Assembly (NCBI GenBank): GCA_021790815.1
Contig: JAJYFT010000004.1
Coordinates: 7,524 to 71,523 of the forward strand
Direction: 5' to 3'
Source of the DNA: Actinomycetes bacterium
Lineage (GTDB): Bacteria; Actinomycetota; Acidimicrobiia; Acidimicrobiales; JABEUL01
DNA length: 64,000 bases
In this document: positions 59,036 through 64,000 of the stretch, one piece after another
How positions within the stretch are numbered: position 1 is the stretch's first letter
Layout of the letters: every line of letters starts with the position of its first letter
Translations under genes and position numbers: made by a program
Notes under the pieces: model-generated
Database searches by the model: none
What the model was told of the DNA's origin: nothing
Seen by the model: only the letters and a program-made list of their open reading frames with translations

Positions 59036-60244
59036 ATGCAATATTTACTTTTCGCCTTTGGAGTTCTAGGTGCTTTAGTTGCTCTTACTACTTTTTTCCC
59101 GAGTCATAGTGCCGCTCTAAGTGCTTTAGCCTTTGTAGTCGGATGGACCGTTTGCGAACTTCCATTTTTTTTCATATTTCTAGCAGTTATATCAACTTCT
59201 GTCCTTATTTTTTTTGGTGGTCTTAGTTCTCCAATTGGTTATATAGGATTTGCACTTGAGTGCTTATATATCCTGTCACTTGTTGCACATATAATAATTG
59301 GAAAACGGTCTGCCGAAATAATCTCAGCCGAAATAAAACATGCTTTTAATGTTGAAACACATTTAAAGGATGGGCTTCCTGGATCTTGGTTGGGACTTTT
59401 CTTTGGTTTTCCCACTTTGCCTAAAGAAGTAGAAGTCGTAAGAAATATTGATTACGCCGGTGACGGAATTTATAGACATTTAGCAGATGTTTACCAGCAC
59501 AAAGACATCTCTCGACGAAATGGTGTGGTCGTTTTGTATATTCATGGTGGTGCTTGGGTAATTGGTGACAAGAAACAGCAGGCACGACCAATGATATACA
59601 CGCTTGCAAAAAATGGATACACCTGTGTTGAAATAAACTATAGGCTAAGTCCAAAAGCAACTTGGCCAGACCACATCGTAGACGTTAAAAGAGCTATTGT
59701 GTGGATCAAAGAAAACATTGAAAGATTTGGAGCAAACCCAGAGAAAATTATCATAAGCGGTGGCTCTGCGGGTGGTCATTTAGCTAGTCTAGCTGCTCTT
59801 TCCATAAATGATCCTCAATTTCAACCTGATTTTGAAGACAAAGACACAACGCTTATAGGCGCAGTTACTTTTTACGGTGTAATGGACCTTACCAACAGCA
59901 CAAATGCACAAAACGGACAGCTTCAAAAGATTTTAGAAAAGCGAGTTCTTAAAAATAAACTAAATGAAAACCGCCAACTATGGGAAAACGCATCACCAAT
60001 GTTTAAAGTGCGAAAAGATGCGCCACCTTTTTTAATTTTTCAAGGAGCTACCGATACCTTAGTCCCATCAAAAGAAGCAAAGATTTTTGCGGAAAAACTG
60101 AAGGCAACTTCAAGCAACCCAGTAGGTTACATTGAGCTTCCATATACCCAACATGGTTTTGAAGTCTTATGGTGGTCACTTCGAACTCGAAGAAGCGTCA
60201 AAGCCGTAAATGAGTGGCTTGATGCTACTTATCTTAGGTCTTAA
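59036..60244 (+). CDS. Membrane-anchored HSL-family esterase/lipase
   Basis: HGGAW, NYRLSP, GGSAGGH, D.LVP and QHGF motifs, with N-terminal TM helices. Confidence 0.9.
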   Translation: MQYLLFAFGVLGALVALTTFFPSHSAALSALAFVVGWTVCELPFFFIFLAVISTSVLIFFGGLSSPIGYIGFALECLYILSLVAHIIIGKRSAEIISAEIKHAFNVETHLKDGLPGSWLGLFFGFPTLPKEVEVVRNIDYAGDGIYRHLADVYQHKDISRRNGVVVLYIHGGAWVIGDKKQQARPMIYTLAKNGYTCVEINYRLSPKATWPDHIVDVKRAIVWIKENIERFGANPEKIIISGGSAGGHLASLAALSINDPQFQPDFEDKDTTLIGAVTFYGVMDLTNSTNAQNGQLQKILEKRVLKNKLNENRQLWENASPMFKVRKDAPPFLIFQGATDTLVPSKEAKIFAEKLKATSSNPVGYIELPYTQHGFEVLWWSLRTRRSVKAVNEWLDATYLRS

Positions 60245-60321
60245 GACCTCGATTCATGAAACCTAAAGTTACTGTTTTTTAGAAAGTCTAGGTTGAGACA
60301 GTCTAAATAACAAAATAATAT

Positions 60322-61185
60322 CTAGATATTTTTATCAAAGAATTCAATTTCTTTTGTAATTATTTCACTAAACACTGGAGGAACATACACGTCAAAGTGA
60401 CCACCACTATAGGAATAGACCTCTTTATTCTTGGTTTTTTTAGCTGCTTTAAAAGCATACTTTGCTGGGGCTTCACTATCTTGTTCTGCAATCACATACA
60501 TGACTGGAACTTGGATTTTCTTAACCGAAACGATAGGACGATAGAGCGTTAGACCAAGTCCAGATGAAGCTCTCAGCATAGGGCTCCATTCCTTTGAAGC
60601 AATGGAATTATAACCCTCTAAAGCACCTTTACTAGTTAACATAGCTAAAGTTCCAGGTTCACCAACAACGGGTACGTACTCCCGTTTCGTAAAAATATCT
60701 TTTAACCCCAGCATCGCAAGTTTAAAGACTTGGCTTCTCGGTCTAATAGAGTTAGTAGAAGAAAAAGTGTCCACGTTTGGAACTTGACTTACTACTGCTT
60801 TTATTCTTGGATCTGATGCGCTAAGAGAGAGCACATGACCTCCGCTAAAAGAAGATCCCCACAGCCCAATTCTTGAACTATCTATAAAACTCTGTTGCAT
60901 CAAATAGTCGATAGCCGCACGATAGTCCTGAAGTTGCTTTCTGACCGAAACAAATTGTCTTGGCTCACCGGTAGAAGCTCCGAATCCTCTATAGTCAAAC
61001 ACTAGTACCGCAAAGCCTGCATCACTAAACTTCTTTGCAAACGGCTCAAGACCGGCTGACATTATCCCACCAAGCCCATGTGCCATCACAATCGCTCTAT
61101 GGGGACCGCCCTTATCTGGAACGTAAAACCAAGCATCAAGTTTCTCCCCACTGCTCACAATTTTAACTGTAGACCGTTCAGACAA
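60322..61185 (-). CDS. Alpha/beta hydrolase (CocE/S15-like)
   Basis: MAHGLGG, FDYRGFGAS.GEPR, WGSSFSGG and GHFDVY motifs. Confidence 0.88.
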   Translation of the reverse strand: MSERSTVKIVSSGEKLDAWFYVPDKGGPHRAIVMAHGLGGIMSAGLEPFAKKFSDAGFAVLVFDYRGFGASTGEPRQFVSVRKQLQDYRAAIDYLMQQSFIDSSRIGLWGSSFSGGHVLSLSASDPRIKAVVSQVPNVDTFSSTNSIRPRSQVFKLAMLGLKDIFTKREYVPVVGEPGTLAMLTSKGALEGYNSIASKEWSPMLRASSGLGLTLYRPIVSVKKIQVPVMYVIAEQDSEAPAKYAFKAAKKTKNKEVYSYSGGHFDVYVPPVFSEIITKEIEFFDKNI

Positions 61186-61306
61186 TCTTAACTCCTTCTC
61201 ATCTAAGCACCATCTTAAACTATTTGGCCATATTTAAAAACAGGATGAGACAGAACTAAAAACATGAAGCAGCACTTTGAAATAACATCTCTAACTTAAT
61301 AAGGTC

Positions 61307-64000
61307 CTACTGTGGGAGTATCGCATTCCCAACATCATCACCAACTACGCAGTAATCAGAAGATGGGCAAGAGACAGATGGCAAACCGACAGCCGAAGGA
61401 TCTATCAGCGTTGGAGTTCCAAACACGGCACCTTCGAAAGAAATTGCTTGACCTATCCAGTTTGTGACCATACACTGGTTGGTTTCACTACATGATACAG
61501 CACTTAGTCCTACAAAGCTCGGCCCAAGCGAATTGGCGCCTGACCAGTTTGATCCGTTGTAGACAAAAGCTTGATCTTTAAAATCTACTGCAACACAAAA
61601 TGTTTGTGAGCTGCAAGAAACACCGGTTAAATCCCCAGGACCCAAATTTTGATCAACTGCATCGGGACCAGACCAAGTAGAGCCATTAAACGTAAAAATG
61701 TTGCCATCATTATCTACAGCTACACAAAATGTTTGTGAGCTGCAAGAAACAGAATCAATTCCCGCACCTGAAACATCTATGTGAAGTGGGCTTTGAAATA
61801 TTCCTCCACTTTCAACACTTACATAACCTTCAGCATCTCCTGCAACACAGAAATTGACTACAGGGCATGACACCGTATTTAACGTTCCATGGCTGTCAAT
61901 TAATACTGGAGAGGAAAACGAACTACCATTCCAAGTAAGTTCATTTCCAGCATTATCAACTCCAACACAAAATATTGTACTTGCACATGAAATATCCATG
62001 AACCCTAACAGTGGTGGCTCAACTACAGTTGGTTGCGACCAGTTAATTCCATTTAGCTCTACATACTGCCCGCTATTTGTAGTCGCTAGACACCAGGATA
62101 CTTCTGGACACGAAACAGCAATGAATGTGCTTTCTGAACCAGGTACAATCTGAGGAACTGTCCACAATCCTGATTCCAACTCAACAGTAGTATGCGCTAC
62201 AGCGGCACAAAAACCATTTGAAACACATGATACAGAGTAGAGCCCGTAACGATCCGAATCAACAGTACTTGGAGATGACCAACTACTTCCATTAAAAGCC
62301 ACTTCACGTCCACCAACATCAACTGCGATACAACTCGTTGAAGCTGCGCAGCTTATACCTGTCAAGACAAATCCAGGATCAGCACTGTAACCCGTCCACG
62401 TAGACCCATTAAAAGCATATGAAAGTCCAGATGTATTAGTAGCCATACACCAAGTGCCAGAACACGATATTGCACTTGTCGTACTATCCAAGTACCCTCC
62501 TTTAGTCCATGACCCACCACTAAAAACAAAATAGTTTCCATCTCGATCAATAGCAACGCAAAAAGATACGCTCCCACATGAAATCGATTCAAATCCAACT
62601 CCTAGAGAGTTTCCAGATAAGTCAATCATCACTGGAGTTTGCCAAGTACCATTAAAGTTTATTGCTTGACCATTGTCGTCAACTGCAAAACAAAATGTGG
62701 TGGTTACACAAGAAACACCTACGACTCCATACACCCCTGGATTTTTGTCAATAAGACTGGGTGGCGACCACGATGAACTCGAATAATTAATAGCCTGGCC
62801 TGAAGTATCAACCGCTTCACACCATCCATCAACAGGACAGGATACTTGAGTAAATCCTGCCTGTGAGTCAACTCCAACTGGGTTCGACCACGACGAACCA
62901 TTCCACGTGGAAGTTAACGCACCGCCATCAACACAAAAAGAAGCTGACGAACATGAAACTGAATTCATTACTACCGGTGCATTTCCTATAGTCTGGGGAG
63001 TTGAAAACTCTATTGGACCGACAACTAGCGTAATGGAGAAAGTTGGAATATTGCCAAAGCCATCATTGACTTGCACGTTAAATGAATACGATCCTGCAGT
63101 CATCACTCCTGAAACTGAGCACGACGAACCTTTTGAACTACATATAGATAAACCATTTGGCAGACTTGTCGCCGTCCAAGAGTAAGTAGTTGAAACACCA
63201 CCTGAAGCAGACAAGATTGCAAAGTATGGCACGCCAGGGATCGCTTGAGGCAAAGTTGTGGTCACCAATTCAACCGAAGTGCTTGAAGGCGAAATCTGAC
63301 CAAAAAAACCAGAAACATCAATTATTAGATTCGTCGCAGCGTACGAGTAAACATTTATTCCATTTAAAAAGAGACCACTACTACCTATTTCTACAATTCC
63401 TAAATTTGCAGAGATCTGGCCTTCGTTATTCCAGTTTAAATCTGAAATTACTGGCAACGTCGTATCGGACGGAGGATAAGCAGTAACGAATCCATAAGTG
63501 CTTGAAGATATAATCGTAAAGTTTGCTACTACTGCACTTGCAAAAGAAGGAACTTCGGCATCTCCAACAATATTTACTTGCTCTGTGCTATTTGTGCTTC
63601 CAAAAATACCAAGATTAGAGTTTGGTGCAGGAAGATTTTCTGATTCGCAAAGTGAACTTGCAGTTACATACTTACATCTTGTGTCCACAATTCTTGAAAG
63701 AGGAGTATCGTAATATGCCGATCCATCTACAGTTCCAGAATAGTTCATATAGTACCCATTTAGATCGACAATTACATCCGCGCTGCCACCATAGTAATAG
63801 ATGTTGATGTGTCCTGGATCGCTGCTTGACAAAGTAGCAATCACGCGTGCTGGCCTGATTTGATTCCCTTGAAAATTTTGATTTGAAACAGTTGGCAAGC
63901 TACTACCCGATGGATAAACAGTGATATAACTCCAACCACTTTGGTTTATAGTAGTTACATTAATTGCAACCGCTGATGCATTAGAAGGCACTCCACCAAT
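61307..64000 (-). CDS. Large secreted/surface protein with two beta-sandwich-like repeats, an Ig-like domain and 14 Cys-pair beta-propeller-like repeats; start lies beyond the window
   Basis: The frame is open to base 64000. It contains AVxxNxT...G(F/Y)xTxYP...SxxN twice, a TTTLP...Y...LSASGG...LP.GL Ig-like unit and 14 copies of [VI]SC-x4/5-C. Confidence 0.85.
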   Translation of the reverse strand: MGGVPSNASAVAINVTTINQSGWSYITVYPSGSSLPTVSNQNFQGNQIRPARVIATLSSSDPGHINIYYYGGSADVIVDLNGYYMNYSGTVDGSAYYDTPLSRIVDTRCKYVTASSLCESENLPAPNSNLGIFGSTNSTEQVNIVGDAEVPSFASAVVANFTIISSSTYGFVTAYPPSDTTLPVISDLNWNNEGQISANLGIVEIGSSGLFLNGINVYSYAATNLIIDVSGFFGQISPSSTSVELVTTTLPQAIPGVPYFAILSASGGVSTTYSWTATSLPNGLSICSSKGSSCSVSGVMTAGSYSFNVQVNDGFGNIPTFSITLVVGPIEFSTPQTIGNAPVVMNSVSCSSASFCVDGGALTSTWNGSSWSNPVGVDSQAGFTQVSCPVDGWCEAVDTSGQAINYSSSSWSPPSLIDKNPGVYGVVGVSCVTTTFCFAVDDNGQAINFNGTWQTPVMIDLSGNSLGVGFESISCGSVSFCVAIDRDGNYFVFSGGSWTKGGYLDSTTSAISCSGTWCMATNTSGLSYAFNGSTWTGYSADPGFVLTGISCAASTSCIAVDVGGREVAFNGSSWSSPSTVDSDRYGLYSVSCVSNGFCAAVAHTTVELESGLWTVPQIVPGSESTFIAVSCPEVSWCLATTNSGQYVELNGINWSQPTVVEPPLLGFMDISCASTIFCVGVDNAGNELTWNGSSFSSPVLIDSHGTLNTVSCPVVNFCVAGDAEGYVSVESGGIFQSPLHIDVSGAGIDSVSCSSQTFCVAVDNDGNIFTFNGSTWSGPDAVDQNLGPGDLTGVSCSSQTFCVAVDFKDQAFVYNGSNWSGANSLGPSFVGLSAVSCSETNQCMVTNWIGQAISFEGAVFGTPTLIDPSAVGLPSVSCPSSDYCVVGDDVGNAILPQ
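61593..61751 (-). repeat. Identical 30-bp direct repeat (129-bp period) in adjacent propeller blades
   Basis: acacaaaatgtttgtgagctgcaagaaaca at 61593-61622 and 61722-61751, encoding VSCSSQTFCV. Confidence 0.85.

Noticed and set aside
60266-60282. Minus-strand CTAAAAAACAGTAACTT resembling 11649-11667 (a putative guide target)
   Set aside because: It needs two indels in a short AT-rich string, so chance is the likely explanation.

Overview
This is a gene-dense chromosomal segment from an AT-rich genome (about 38-40% GC by eye). Its gene set is actinobacterial, most like Acidimicrobiia (mshD, UPF0182, PDZ-Lon, imuAB-dnaE2, AftD-family GT-C); the taxon is an inference. In order it holds the tail of a System I cytochrome c maturation operon (ccmF-G-H), an Fe-S module (cysteine desulfurase, SufR-like regulator, Mrp), and an envelope/morphogenesis block (HtrA, two catalytically eroded protease homologues, solo MreB, HEAT protein, PDZ-Lon, a DivIVA protein, UPF0182). 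It continues with housekeeping genes (nth, mshD, rlmN, uppS, recO), transport and lipid-catabolic genes with visible TetR operators, a decayed IS200/IS605 tnpA, a LexA-boxed mutasome cassette, and two large surface proteins. Two candidates stand out. The first is a DivIVA protein fused to a phage MuF-like (CxxC...PPAHxxCRC) C-terminal domain, with no prophage nearby. The second is a ~305-nt GC-rich, multi-hairpin RNA-like element upstream of mreB, with its own promoter and terminator and an IS200/IS605 right-end-like 3' hairpin. Many genes look leaderless. I saw no CRISPR array, tRNA or rRNA. All calls come from reading motifs by eye; no database search was run.
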